In this document: in pieces, positions 40,051-49,074 of the stretch | How the letters are laid out: each line of letters begins with the position of its first letter | How positions within the stretch are numbered: position 1 is the stretch's first letter | Virus record (IMG/VR): IMGVR_UViG_3300031857_023291 | From: an uncultured virus (IMG/VR IMGVR_UViG_3300031857_023291) | Lineage: Duplodnaviria > Heunggongvirae > Uroviricota > Caudoviricetes | DNA length: 64,000 nt | Reading direction: 5' to 3' (one strand) | The notes under the pieces: generated by a model | What the model saw: only the letters and a program-made list of their open reading frames with translations | Told to the model about the DNA's origin: nothing | The model's database searches: none | Made by a program: the position numbers and the translations under genes

Positions 40051-40737
40051 TTAATTTAGATATTTTCTCAACATATCTAATTTTGGATGATTTTTTAATT
40101 TTCTTTCTGCTTTTCTTATAACTTGTCTGATTCTTTCATTTGATAGACCTTTAAATTCAGCAATATCATCAATTGATTGCGCAAAATCATAACCAAATCC
40201 ATAAAATCTTGTTATTAAATCATATTCTTCACTTGATAAGCAATTTAAAATCATCTTTAATTCTATCATCAAATCACTTTTATCAAACTTACTTACATCA
40301 CTAGTCGATAGATTATTATCTAATGGTTTGAAATCAAAATTATCAGAGTCTTGAGAATTCGGAATTCTTACTTGCTGTGATAATTCATTCAATGCGGTTG
40401 TAATTTCTGATTTAATATACCAAATAGCAAATGTGATGAATTTAAAACCTCTATCAACATCAAACTTTTCAGCTGCTCTGTAAAGACCTAAGTTTCCAAA
40501 TGATATTAAATCTTCAAAAGTTAATCCTAAATTCTGATACTTTTTTGCAGTGTGTATAACAAATCTTAAATTGTGTTTTACTAATTCAGAAATAGCAGAC
40601 TTATCACCAGATTTAATCTTTTGACATAACTCAAACTCTTCATCTTTTGTAAGAACCGGTATCTTTTTAATTTCGTTGATATACTTTATTATAGAATCAA
40701 CTTCTGTTACTATGACACCTTTTGAAAACTTTATCAT
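40051..40737 (-). CDS. sigma-70 family RNA polymerase sigma factor (compact; regions 1.2, 2 and 4)
   Basis: YINEI...LTKDEE, HNLRFV..AKKY, DLISFGNLGL..A.EKFD..RGFKF.TFAIW, SNERIRQ. Confidence 0.9.
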   Translation of the reverse strand: MIKFSKGVIVTEVDSIIKYINEIKKIPVLTKDEEFELCQKIKSGDKSAISELVKHNLRFVIHTAKKYQNLGLTFEDLISFGNLGLYRAAEKFDVDRGFKFITFAIWYIKSEITTALNELSQQVRIPNSQDSDNFDFKPLDNNLSTSDVSKFDKSDLMIELKMILNCLSSEEYDLITRFYGFGYDFAQSIDDIAEFKGLSNERIRQVIRKAERKLKNHPKLDMLRKYLN

Positions 40738-40816
40738 TTATGTTATACTAAATTTTGATAAAATGTTAAGTAAAATTTTAACTTTTTGATATAATATATA
40801 AAAACAAAAAAATATT

Positions 40817-41167
40817 ATGAGATTTAAAAACCTTTTTAGCCCAAAAACTGAATATGTTAAAGTAGAAGATAAAAATAGATTCTACTATATGCTTCAACAA
40901 ATGCAAGCTAATAGATGGAGAATTACAGCTATCGTATTAGGTCTTTTCTTTTTCATTATTTTAGGAATAAACGCTGGTGTATTTATGGGAGCTTCTATCA
41001 ATGAAGATTGGAAAGAAATGTTACTTATTCTTTTAGGCGCATTTGTCGGTAACCTAAATAAAGTAGTTGACTACTGGTTTAATTCTGAAGATAGAGATAA
41101 AATGTTGATTCAGAAAGTAGACGAAGAAGATGGACAATCCACATCAGATGTAACTCAAATTATTTAA
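40817..41167 (+). CDS. two-TM membrane protein (possibly holin-like)
   Basis: Two hydrophobic helices, YWFNS, charged C-terminal tail; TAATATATA at 40792-40800. Confidence 0.45.
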   Translation: MRFKNLFSPKTEYVKVEDKNRFYYMLQQMQANRWRITAIVLGLFFFIILGINAGVFMGASINEDWKEMLLILLGAFVGNLNKVVDYWFNSEDRDKMLIQKVDEEDGQSTSDVTQII

Positions 41168-41170
41168 AAT

Positions 41171-41201
41171 AAAAAAAGAGACTCAAAATTGAGTCTCTTT
41201 T
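41171..41201. terminator. bidirectional intrinsic terminator
   Basis: AAAAGAGACTCAA-AA-TTGAGTCTCTTTT. Confidence 0.7.
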
Positions 41202-41202
41202 G

Positions 41203-41276
41203 TGATCCGCTCAGGATTCGAACCTGAGACCTACTGCTTAGAAGGCAGTTGCTCTATCCAGCTGAGCTAGCGGACC
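41203..41276 (-). tRNA. trnR: tRNA-Arg(UCU), CCA not encoded
   Basis: GGTCCGC acceptor stem, TAGCTCAGCTGGATAGAGC D-arm, ACTGC-CTTCTAA-GCAGT anticodon arm, GGTTCGAATCC T-arm. Confidence 0.95.
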
Positions 41277-41280
41277 GTTT

Positions 41281-41700
41281 TTATTTTATATTTTTTGCTC
41301 TAAAAGTTTCTGTCTGACTGTGACAATTAGGACAAAGTATTCTTAAATTTTCTAATTTGTGATTACTTCTGTTTCCATCTTTGTGGTCAAGTTCACAATT
41401 TATTGTTCGACCTAACCAAGAGTCTAACTCACAGTTTTCACATTTATTTTGTTTTACTCCCTCATCAAACAATCTCACTTTTAATTTGTAAGTTTGATAA
41501 TGTGGATGTTTTCCTTCTAATATCTCTTTCAGAGAAACTTTTGGCATATTCTTATTTATCCCTATACCAGCTTGGTTTGGTTTATATACACCCAACTTTA
41601 AAGCTTTTCTTTTAAAGGTATTGAAGTGTAATCCTAATTTAACAGCTGCTTTGGCCATTGTTTCGGATTCTAAACAAACCTGTATAAAATACTCATTCAT
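41281..41700 (-). CDS. free-standing HNH endonuclease with N-terminal HTH-like segment
   Basis: CENC...ELDHKDGNRSNHKLENLRILCPNCH. Confidence 0.9.
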   Translation of the reverse strand: MNEYFIQVCLESETMAKAAVKLGLHFNTFKRKALKLGVYKPNQAGIGINKNMPKVSLKEILEGKHPHYQTYKLKVRLFDEGVKQNKCENCELDSWLGRTINCELDHKDGNRSNHKLENLRILCPNCHSQTETFRAKNIK

Positions 41701-41755
41701 ATTTTAATCATTTTATACTATATATTAAAAAGTGTCTGCCACTTTTTAATGTTTG

Positions 41756-42044
41756 TAGTCGAGGCGGGAGTCGAACCCGCACGGGCAAATGCCCACAGGA
41801 TTTTCTTACTATCTACAGTTTTCACTGCCACTTCCGTGTTTGTAGTCTGGACTATACCTTGACCATATCTTTCGACTTAGGCCCTCCGTGTCTAGTCTCT
41901 ACACCTTCCTCCTTCGAGGATTGGCTCGGGATTACCATTTTAAAGGCTTCCCCGAATTTACGGAGTTCTACTCAAAAAGTTTCCTTTTTGGCACTCAAAT
42001 TTACCTGTCAAGTCCGGCGTGTCTACCAATTCCACCACTCGACC
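41756..42044 (-). tRNA. trnL: tRNA-Leu(UAA) split by a group I intron (exons 42010-42044 and 41756-41804), CCA not encoded
   Basis: 5' exon GGTCGAGTGGTGGAATTGGTAGACACGCCGGACTT; 3' exon AAAATCCTGTGGGCATTTGCCCGTGCGGGTTCGACTCCCGCCTCGACTA; spliced loop CT-TAA-AA with a long variable arm. Confidence 0.92.
41805..42009 (-). ncRNA. group I self-splicing intron (IC3-like, 205 nt, no ORF)
   Basis: P AAATTCGGGGAA, Q AATCCCGAGC, R TAGAGACTAGAC, S AAGGTATAGTCC; P3 CTCCGT/ACGGAG, P7 GACTA/TAGTC, GAAA-capped P2 and P9, P1 U-G wobble, terminal G. Confidence 0.92.
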
Positions 42045-42068
42045 AATTTTAAATTATATCAAACTATA

Positions 42069-42797
42069 CTAAATTTGTTGCCTTAAATAGTTATGAATTT
42101 CAATGTTCTTTACAGGATGATAAAATCCATCAGATTGAATATTGAATTCTGTCCATTTATTATTATAAGTGACCCATTTGAATTGATTAGGTGTTTCAAC
42201 TACAAGATCACTATGTAAAGCCTCGGTGCAAAACATTGCTTCGGAAAAGTAAAGTGTTCCCCATTTATTTACATAATTATCTATTACACTTAATAGTCTA
42301 TTAGATAGTCGAGTAATGCAGACCATACAATACCACCAGGGTGGTGATGTTTTCATATCAATTGTTGACCAGTGCCAGTCTAATATTGAACCATCGTTTT
42401 TTGTTAACGTATTTGACAACATATCGGAATTAGGATATTGATTATCAATTGAAATTAAGTTATTTACAGATGGTATAAAAACATCATCCTCGCAAAACCA
42501 AACATTTTTATAAGATTTATCTCTGAAATAATAAAGTGCTTTTTCACAAGCACTCACTCTTCTCTGTGTATTTTTCTTTTTGTAAAAGTGTTCACTATGA
42601 GCGTTTTTATAACCAGAAGAAAGACAAATATTATCATCTATCTGAATAAAGGTTATGTTCTTATATTCTGATTTAAATTCCTCATAATTATTATAATTAT
42701 CATCTACTATAACATAACAATCATAATGAAAATTACTTATAAAATCTAACCAATCTTTGTTTGGTTTTAAACATAGCAGAGCAAAAGCCGTTTTCAT
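42069..42797 (-). CDS. putative glycosyltransferase-like protein
   Basis: VWFCEDDVF (DxD-like), DWHW, YHPVK. Confidence 0.5.
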   Translation of the reverse strand: MKTAFALLCLKPNKDWLDFISNFHYDCYVIVDDNYNNYEEFKSEYKNITFIQIDDNICLSSGYKNAHSEHFYKKKNTQRRVSACEKALYYFRDKSYKNVWFCEDDVFIPSVNNLISIDNQYPNSDMLSNTLTKNDGSILDWHWSTIDMKTSPPWWYCMVCITRLSNRLLSVIDNYVNKWGTLYFSEAMFCTEALHSDLVVETPNQFKWVTYNNKWTEFNIQSDGFYHPVKNIEIHNYLRQQI

Positions 42798-43360
42798 AAA
42801 TTGATTAAACTATCTAAATTATTTCCAATTTCTTTATAAATTGGTTTTCTTCCGTGTGGTTCAATTTTACCAATCGGAGGCTCGACTACTACAACACCTA
42901 AGTCAGAAAACTTTTTATAATATTCTCTTACTTGAGTTTCTGTTTTATTTGAAACACCACCCCAGCCCCAAGAACCCTGTATAACATAAAACTTAGAGTT
43001 AGGAAATTTTTCTTTACACTCAAAAACTAGTTCTGTAATTTTATCATTTTTATTAAAACCACCATTTGTTCCAATGCAAATAGCTACGTTAGTAACTAAA
43101 CTATCAGTCGTATAAAGTTTAACAGATTGTAACAACCAACTTAGAGATTTACCACCGAGCCATAACGAATTTTGACCACCTGTGCTTGAAATTAAATTAA
43201 AACTTGTGCTTCCCCAATCCACATAGGGGGATTGTGAGTCACCTATGATAATGTTCTTCTGCACTCTATTACTTTTCTTCTTACTTATAAATAATTTCAT
43301 GTTATCATCTTTTGTATTAGATGATAGTATTAATGATATCAAAAGTATAATTACTCTCAT
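42794..43360 (-). CDS. secreted SGNH/GDSL-like hydrolase
   Basis: Signal-like N-terminus, IIGDSQ, IGTNG, C-terminal His (EPH). Confidence 0.6.
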   Translation of the reverse strand: MRVIILLISLILSSNTKDDNMKLFISKKKSNRVQKNIIIGDSQSPYVDWGSTSFNLISSTGGQNSLWLGGKSLSWLLQSVKLYTTDSLVTNVAICIGTNGGFNKNDKITELVFECKEKFPNSKFYVIQGSWGWGGVSNKTETQVREYYKKFSDLGVVVVEPPIGKIEPHGRKPIYKEIGNNLDSLINL

Positions 43361-43477
43361 TACATTAGAGCAGCTAATATTGTAGCGGCAATAAGTATGA
43401 CTGTAGAATAAAATAAAATTCTAGCAGATGATTCATACTGGTCTTTTCTTTTTCCTTGAAAATTAAATTCTTCCATT

Positions 43478-43642
43478 TTAATAGTTTTCTTCTTCTACAA
43501 ATATCCACATCAAAAGATATATCCAAAATCCGCCTCCTAAAATCAGGAAAAGAATTCTAAATAACCAAGGATTAACACCAGTTGCCTTTCCTATTCCACC
43601 ACAAACACCTGCTATTATTTTATCAGTTTTACTTCTCTTCAT
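43478..43642 (-). CDS. PspC-domain membrane protein
   Basis: RSKTDKIIAGVCGGIG...RILF...IYLLMWIFV; start placed at MKRSK. Confidence 0.8.
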   Translation of the reverse strand: MKRSKTDKIIAGVCGGIGKATGVNPWLFRILFLILGGGFWIYLLMWIFVEEENY

Positions 43643-43643
43643 G

Positions 43644-44081
43644 TTATTTATGTTTAGGTGATTTAAATCCATTTAGGACTTTATTCTTATTATGTTTAGA
43701 TTTATCGTAAAATAAAATTCCACATTCGGTTGTTACTGCATATGAATTCATTCCTTTATCAAAATAACAATCTTCTACATAACAGTCAAAGTGTTTTTCC
43801 ACCGTATCTATTCCGGTTTCACAAACAGCGAGGTCATAATGAATAGGATTTTTACAATTACCTTTGTGTGAGCCCCAACGAGTATTACCATAACCAACAA
43901 CAATATATTCACATCCTTCAAGTGTATAAACTTTATACTGTTGGTCATAATATTGTGATGTGGTGTCTAATTCCATTCGTTTTGATTGAGGAGCTTTTTG
44001 ACCACGCTCTGTATCATTACAAGCAAACATTATTAGAAAACTAATACAACAGGAGGTTAAAAATAAAATAGTGTTTTTCAT
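43644..44081 (-). CDS. putative lipoprotein
   Basis: Hydrophobic leader ending FAC; GCEYI...HKGNCKNPIH. Confidence 0.55.
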   Translation of the reverse strand: MKNTILFLTSCCISFLIMFACNDTERGQKAPQSKRMELDTTSQYYDQQYKVYTLEGCEYIVVGYGNTRWGSHKGNCKNPIHYDLAVCETGIDTVEKHFDCYVEDCYFDKGMNSYAVTTECGILFYDKSKHNKNKVLNGFKSPKHK

Positions 44082-44111
44082 AATTATTATATTAAAAAAG
44101 TTATCAAAGGA

Positions 44112-44732
44112 TTACCCTTTGATAACTTCAACGTTTTTCAATGCTACAACTGGTTTAACAGCTTCCATAACTTCAGTAACATCACCATATTGGTTCAATT
44201 TGTCGATGGTTCCTTTAGCGACAGAGTATTTAGTAGTCGCTTTGATGATTTTCTCTTTGTCCGCGTCTGTGATATCTGGGCAGTTCTCAATCAACATAGA
44301 AAGAATCTCTCCATACTTCTCAATCATCGTAGCATCGAAGCTGAAAGTAGTCTCTTCTTCAACGATTTCTTCACCGTAAGTCTCACGAAGTTCTTCAGCT
44401 CTCGCCTCAGTTACGGTAATATATTTGTCTGTAGGTACGAACATAACTTGTGCAGTGTCTCCGGCTACTTCCTGAACAATCATAACAGACTCAGGGTTTT
44501 TACCAGTTTTAGTGTAGTAGTCAGCCCACTCAGATTTAGCCAAGTCTTTGATTTCGTCAGAAATCATATCAGCTTGAGCTTTATCAGATTTCATACGGTC
44601 GTTAAGTTGCTCCAATTTCTCGATTTTAGAGAAGAAGTTAGGGTCAGTTACTTGAAGACGAACTTTTTTGTCTTTGGCTGACTTAGTAGTTGCTGGTGCT
44701 GCTTTCTTTGCTTTTGTGAATAGATTTGCCAT
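44112..44732 (-). CDS. hypothetical protein, probably a highly expressed early gene
   Basis: Optimal-codon-like usage (AAC/GAC/CGT); full host-type promoter upstream. Confidence 0.65.
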   Translation of the reverse strand: MANLFTKAKKAAPATTKSAKDKKVRLQVTDPNFFSKIEKLEQLNDRMKSDKAQADMISDEIKDLAKSEWADYYTKTGKNPESVMIVQEVAGDTAQVMFVPTDKYITVTEARAEELRETYGEEIVEEETTFSFDATMIEKYGEILSMLIENCPDITDADKEKIIKATTKYSVAKGTIDKLNQYGDVTEVMEAVKPVVALKNVEVIKG

Positions 44733-44780
44733 AATTTTTTCGTTTTTTATTTGTAGTGATTAATTATCTTATTTGTTACA

Positions 44781-44812
44781 CAAAGATAAGGAAGATTTCT
44801 GTTTTTACCAAA
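44781..44812 (-). promoter_or_regulatory. Bacteroidota-type primary sigma promoter
   Basis: TTTG-N20-TATCTTTG; a second TATATTTG at 44872-44879. Confidence 0.7.
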
Positions 44813-44890
44813 TATTTTCTTATCTTTTTTTCTGATTGTTGTTTCTAAATCGTTTACTCAATCAGACAATACAAATATACGGAAATTATT

Positions 44891-45403
44891 TTAATTATCA
44901 ACTTTTTTAAATATCAATTTACAACTTAAATTATGAGCCAATTGTCTAATAAATCCTAAATCAGCCTTTACCTTATGAAGTAGTTTTGGTTTCTTAACAA
45001 TTTCAAAACTGAAATCTTCATTGATATAAATTAACCCAGCATATTCTGGGACTTCTTCTATTGAAACTAATCCAGTAGGAACGACATAATTAAAGTAGTT
45101 ACAAACTCTCCAAAGTTGTTCTCCTTTCCTTACATAAGTAAATTTCTCATTTAAGATATGATTATGTTTTTCCTTTAAGAAATCTTTTTTGAAATCCTGA
45201 CGACTTATTTTGATTTCATATTCATAGATGTAATCAGACTTTGATACTGAAATCACATCACACTCTTGTAGTCCCATTCCAGTAAATCTTGTGGTAATTG
45301 GTGAATGTCCTTTTTCGTAAAGATACATTACAATAGCTGATTCTATATTCTTTGAAACGGAGTTATCTCTTTTGATTTTTTTTATTGATGATTTTCTACC
45401 CAT
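44891..45403 (-). CDS. MmcB-like PD-(D/E)XK nuclease-fold protein
   Basis: ECDV...EYEIKISRQDFKKD, NYFNYVVP, VPEYAGL. Confidence 0.65.
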   Translation of the reverse strand: MGRKSSIKKIKRDNSVSKNIESAIVMYLYEKGHSPITTRFTGMGLQECDVISVSKSDYIYEYEIKISRQDFKKDFLKEKHNHILNEKFTYVRKGEQLWRVCNYFNYVVPTGLVSIEEVPEYAGLIYINEDFSFEIVKKPKLLHKVKADLGFIRQLAHNLSCKLIFKKVDN

Positions 45404-45554
45404 AAGTTATTTATAAAAAATCACTTACTACTCGTTAAGTAAAAACACTTAACCATAAATATAGATATTAGCGTAAAATAAATTTGAATTTATAAAAAGT
45501 CAACTACTTTTCTGTATCGGTATGATATATAAATTATAAAAATCAATTATTATT

Positions 45555-45929
45555 ATGAAAAATATACTACTTATATCTATGTTAATTTTATCAGGAAGCC
45601 TATTCAGTCAAAATTACATTAAATACTATCCAAACGGATGTGTTAAAGAAACTGGAACTTTCATAGACAGCACTTACAGAGGTGATGTCACAAGATATTA
45701 TCAAGATGGTAAAGTTTCTTTTTCAGGTCATTATAATCAATCAGGGAAAGAGGAAGGGGTCATTCAATATTTTTATCCGAACGGACAAAAACAATTTGAA
45801 TATATCGCAATAGATGGTAATCCAGTAGGTGATGGATACACTTATTTTGAAACAGGTGAGTTAAAAAAAGTTACTTATTTTAATGATGTGGTCAGTGAAA
45901 AATCAATAACTTTTACTCTTTTAAACTAA
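45555..45929 (+). CDS. secreted MORN-variant repeat protein
   Basis: Signal peptide; YYPNG, YYQDG, FYPNG, YFETG repeats. Confidence 0.7.
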   Translation: MKNILLISMLILSGSLFSQNYIKYYPNGCVKETGTFIDSTYRGDVTRYYQDGKVSFSGHYNQSGKEEGVIQYFYPNGQKQFEYIAIDGNPVGDGYTYFETGELKKVTYFNDVVSEKSITFTLLN

Positions 45930-46000
45930 ATTCAATGTAATAACATTCTTAAAAATAACTTTTTTATTAATTTTAAATATAATAAAGAAAGTATTTTTAA

Positions 46001-46924
46001 ATGAGTAAAAAAACAAAAACTTTATTGAGATACCCAGGTGGTAAAACTAAAGCTATAGATCTAATTACACCTTATATAAAAGACTACGATAAAATAGTTT
46101 CTCCATTTGTTGGTGGTGGTTCATTAGAAGTTCATTGGTCAGCAAATCTAAACAAAGAAGTAATTGGTTATGATATTTTTGATATATTAGTCAATTTCTG
46201 GAATGTTTTGCTAAAAAATCCAGTAGAACTATCTGATAGAATGAAATCAATTTCTCCAACAAATGAAGAATACACCAGAGTAAAGGAAATATTAATTAAA
46301 CTTGATAAGACTCAAGAGTTACTAAAAGATTGGCAAACTGATTATTACAAAAGAGAAGAAGTTTTAACACTTGATGAAATAACATTAGCCGCTTACTATT
46401 ACTTTAATCATAATTGCTCTTATGGGCCAGGTTATTTAGGTTGGGCAAGTTCTGTTTACTTAAATGAAAAGAAATGGAACACAATGATAGAGAATATAAA
46501 ATCTTTTAAATGTGAAAAGTTGTCTGTTTTCAACGAGACATTTGATATAACTATTCCTAAGCATAGTAAGGATTTTCTTTATCTAGATCCACCTTATTAT
46601 TTAGAAAAAGACAAAGATAATAAAATGCATAAAGGTATGTATCCTATGAAAAATATAGATGTTCATCATTCAGGATTTGACCATGAATTATTGAGAGATT
46701 TATTGTTAAAACATGAAGGTGACTTTGTGATGTCATATAATAATTGCGAGACTATTAGAGAATACTATAAAGACTTTGAATTTTTCTTTCCAAAATGGGC
46801 ATACTCAATGAGTAATGGAGAACAAAGAATAGGCAAGAATAGAGTTGAGTTAAATGATAGTAAAATAGTTAAGGAGTCACATGAGATTTTGATAGTAAAA
46901 AGAACAAAAAAAGAGGTCAAATAG
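46001..46924 (+). CDS. Dam-family DNA adenine methyltransferase (probable R-M methylase)
   Basis: RYPGGK, SPFVGGGS, YLDPPY, MSYN, EILI. Confidence 0.9.
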   Translation: MSKKTKTLLRYPGGKTKAIDLITPYIKDYDKIVSPFVGGGSLEVHWSANLNKEVIGYDIFDILVNFWNVLLKNPVELSDRMKSISPTNEEYTRVKEILIKLDKTQELLKDWQTDYYKREEVLTLDEITLAAYYYFNHNCSYGPGYLGWASSVYLNEKKWNTMIENIKSFKCEKLSVFNETFDITIPKHSKDFLYLDPPYYLEKDKDNKMHKGMYPMKNIDVHHSGFDHELLRDLLLKHEGDFVMSYNNCETIREYYKDFEFFFPKWAYSMSNGEQRIGKNRVELNDSKIVKESHEILIVKRTKKEVK

Positions 46925-46935
46925 ACCTCTTTTTT
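46907..46935. terminator. bidirectional intrinsic terminator
   Basis: AAAAAGAGGTC-AAATA-GACCTCTTTTT between convergent genes. Confidence 0.65.
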
Positions 46936-47512
46936 ATTTTAGATTATTTTTAATTGATTCAATTGTGGCTGGAGTACCACTTAAAAGAGACATTCTACTT
47001 TCCTGTATATAAGATGGCCAAGGTTTTCCTGCTTCTTGTAAATTCCATATTGGATGTTTACCTTCTCTATTTAGATAAATTAACATATTTTCAGTTTCTA
47101 AAATTTTACCCGAAAATGAATGAGATACAATTTTTTTTGAACCATCCATTAATATAAGTTCTACATCAATTGATGGATTATAAGCAAAGTAAACTTCTAC
47201 TATATTACCTTTAACTAATTCTTCTGCAATTAAAATGTGTATTCCGTGTGTTCTATCAGAAGGTCTACCAGAATTTCCAGAACTTTTATAGGTATCTATA
47301 GTAGACTTTATTCCACCTTGACAATCCGAGTATCCAATTTTGTATATTTCTGAGTTAACTACTATAAAGTAACATCTTCCGTTATTTTGATTTAGAATTT
47401 TATCATCTACATCTTTTGACCAAACAGTGTTCCATAGTCTTCTGTCTGAATTGTTAGTATTTAACGTTATGTCACATACTTTGATTTTATTTATTACTTC
47501 TGAAATTTTCAT
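46934..47512 (-). CDS. GIY-YIG nuclease, Hpy188I-like putative restriction endonuclease
   Basis: GRCYFIVVNSEIYKIGYS, VEVY, LETE, HPIWNLQE; start placed at MKISE because TATATTTG overlaps the upstream ATG. Confidence 0.6.
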   Translation of the reverse strand: MKISEVINKIKVCDITLNTNNSDRRLWNTVWSKDVDDKILNQNNGRCYFIVVNSEIYKIGYSDCQGGIKSTIDTYKSSGNSGRPSDRTHGIHILIAEELVKGNIVEVYFAYNPSIDVELILMDGSKKIVSHSFSGKILETENMLIYLNREGKHPIWNLQEAGKPWPSYIQESRMSLLSGTPATIESIKNNLK

Positions 47513-47536
47513 ATACAAATATAATTATAATTATGA

Positions 47537-48292
47537 TTATGATTGAATCAACTTTAACATAAAACTTTCTTTTTCTTCTAAACTTCGCCTAATAGTATAT
47601 GACTCAAATAAAATATTATGTTTATTAACTTCATCATTTATAAATTTTTTTACACCTTTTGTATAGAAGAACCATTCTAAGTCCTTTTGATAATCATAAA
47701 AATCTTTATGTAATAAAGATTCTGGGTATTGACTAGCTGGAAAAACATGCAACAATGAAATTGAAGGATTTCCAGTCTTTAGCTGATTTAATCTTTGATC
47801 AGGGTCATTTTTTGTCTTGCCTATTTTTATGGTCGCGTGTGCTTTGTCTTCAATTATGTAAGTATATTCTTCACAATCACTAATTTCATATACTATGTTT
47901 TCATCTCTGTTAAAGATTGAAAGTTTTTTCCAATTTAGATCTTTAGAAGTTATTTGATATAATAGAATATTATTGACGAATTCTTTTTCTTCGAGTTCTA
48001 TTTCTTGAACTTCTTCTTTATTTATATCAAATGATGCTTTAAAATCTATTAGTCTGAATTTTACCGGTTTATGATTATCAAGAATTTCAAATTTTGGATT
48101 CTTTCTAGCATAGGAAACATCAGAGTTGATGGACGATCTAGACATCAGAGCTGTTAGCGTTGATATAGGTGATTTTCCATTTGTTTTAAAATTGATATTG
48201 GATATTTTTATTTTATCCCAAATTTCAGTTGCAGTCATTGGTAAATTACCAGAATCTCTCAAAATGATTATAGCTGCTTCAATAAAGGTCAT
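47537..48292 (-). CDS. HARE-HTH domain fused to GIY-YIG (T5orf172-like) nuclease
   Basis: MTFIEAAIIIL...MTATEIW...GKSPISTL; YII...IKIGKT..P.QRLNQLKTGNP, E..LH, EWF. Confidence 0.75.
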   Translation of the reverse strand: MTFIEAAIIILRDSGNLPMTATEIWDKIKISNINFKTNGKSPISTLTALMSRSSINSDVSYARKNPKFEILDNHKPVKFRLIDFKASFDINKEEVQEIELEEKEFVNNILLYQITSKDLNWKKLSIFNRDENIVYEISDCEEYTYIIEDKAHATIKIGKTKNDPDQRLNQLKTGNPSISLLHVFPASQYPESLLHKDFYDYQKDLEWFFYTKGVKKFINDEVNKHNILFESYTIRRSLEEKESFMLKLIQS

Positions 48293-48364
48293 ATTTAATA
48301 ATTTTTATAATTATAACTTTATATAAAAAAAATAATATAAAGATGATTATAATTATTAATAATT

Positions 48365-48583
48365 ATGAATAAATTAGATCTACACGGAATAAGACATATC
48401 GATGTGCAGAAAACATTAGATAGTTTTTTTTGGGAAAATATGCAAAGAAAATCACAATCTGTTGAGATTGTCACTGGTATAAGTCACAGAATGAAAGAGA
48501 TTGTTTATGAAACATGTAAAGATTATGGATTTAAAGTTATAGAGATAGAGTTTAACCCTGGAATTCTGATAGTCAATTTATAA
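48365..48583 (+). CDS. Smr/MutS2-like small domain protein
   Basis: LDLHG, IVTG, NPG motifs. Confidence 0.7.
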   Translation: MNKLDLHGIRHIDVQKTLDSFFWENMQRKSQSVEIVTGISHRMKEIVYETCKDYGFKVIEIEFNPGILIVNL

Positions 48584-48853
48584 ATATTTTGACTGACTTC
48601 TAAATGTTTTTATAAAACCATTGTAATTTCCATTTTTAGTCAACTCTAATTCATGTAATAAATTTTTCGCATACTCTTGAGGTGGAACTCCATCAGACAT
48701 AGCTTGATTAATTTCATCAGACTTTTTGTCTAAAACTTTAATTAAATTAAGCTGTGTGATATCATAATCAGATATAATATTTATCAGCGAACTTGTGTAT
48801 TCATCTGTAGTGTAGATTGACTCAAATAATAGAAAGTTTTTTATATACTTCAC
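48578..48853 (-). CDS. small protein with leader MKYIKNFLLFES
   Basis: GTG start; TAATATATA at 48858-48866. Confidence 0.5.
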   Translation of the reverse strand: MKYIKNFLLFESIYTTDEYTSSLINIISDYDITQLNLIKVLDKKSDEINQAMSDGVPPQEYAKNLLHELELTKNGNYNGFIKTFRSQSKYL

Positions 48854-48863
48854 TTAGTATATA

Positions 48864-49073
48864 TTATTTATCAATAAAGAATTTACTACCAACACATTTA
48901 TTACTATTGTTGATATCTGATTTATAACCCCACACATCATTTGATATCATATGGCATTTGTGATTAGTTATTTTACCAATGGATTTCATTTTTTCAACAT
49001 AGTTTCTGAATTTAAGACTATGTTGATTTTTATTTCTCCAAGGACACTCTTTACAAGGCTGACGACATTCCAT
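48864..49073 (-). CDS. small Cys-rich (zinc-binding) protein
   Basis: PCKECPW...CH...CVG. Confidence 0.55.
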   Translation of the reverse strand: MECRQPCKECPWRNKNQHSLKFRNYVEKMKSIGKITNHKCHMISNDVWGYKSDINNSNKCVGSKFFIDK

Positions 49074-49074
49074 T

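Noticed and set aside
41859..42086. 75-aa plus-strand ORF
   Set aside because: It is antisense to the tRNA-Leu 5' exon and intron; the RNA structure explains the sequence.
44071..44681. Plus-strand ORFs 44071..44379 and 44190..44681
   Set aside because: Antisense shadows of the codon-biased gene 44112..44732, which has a clear promoter.
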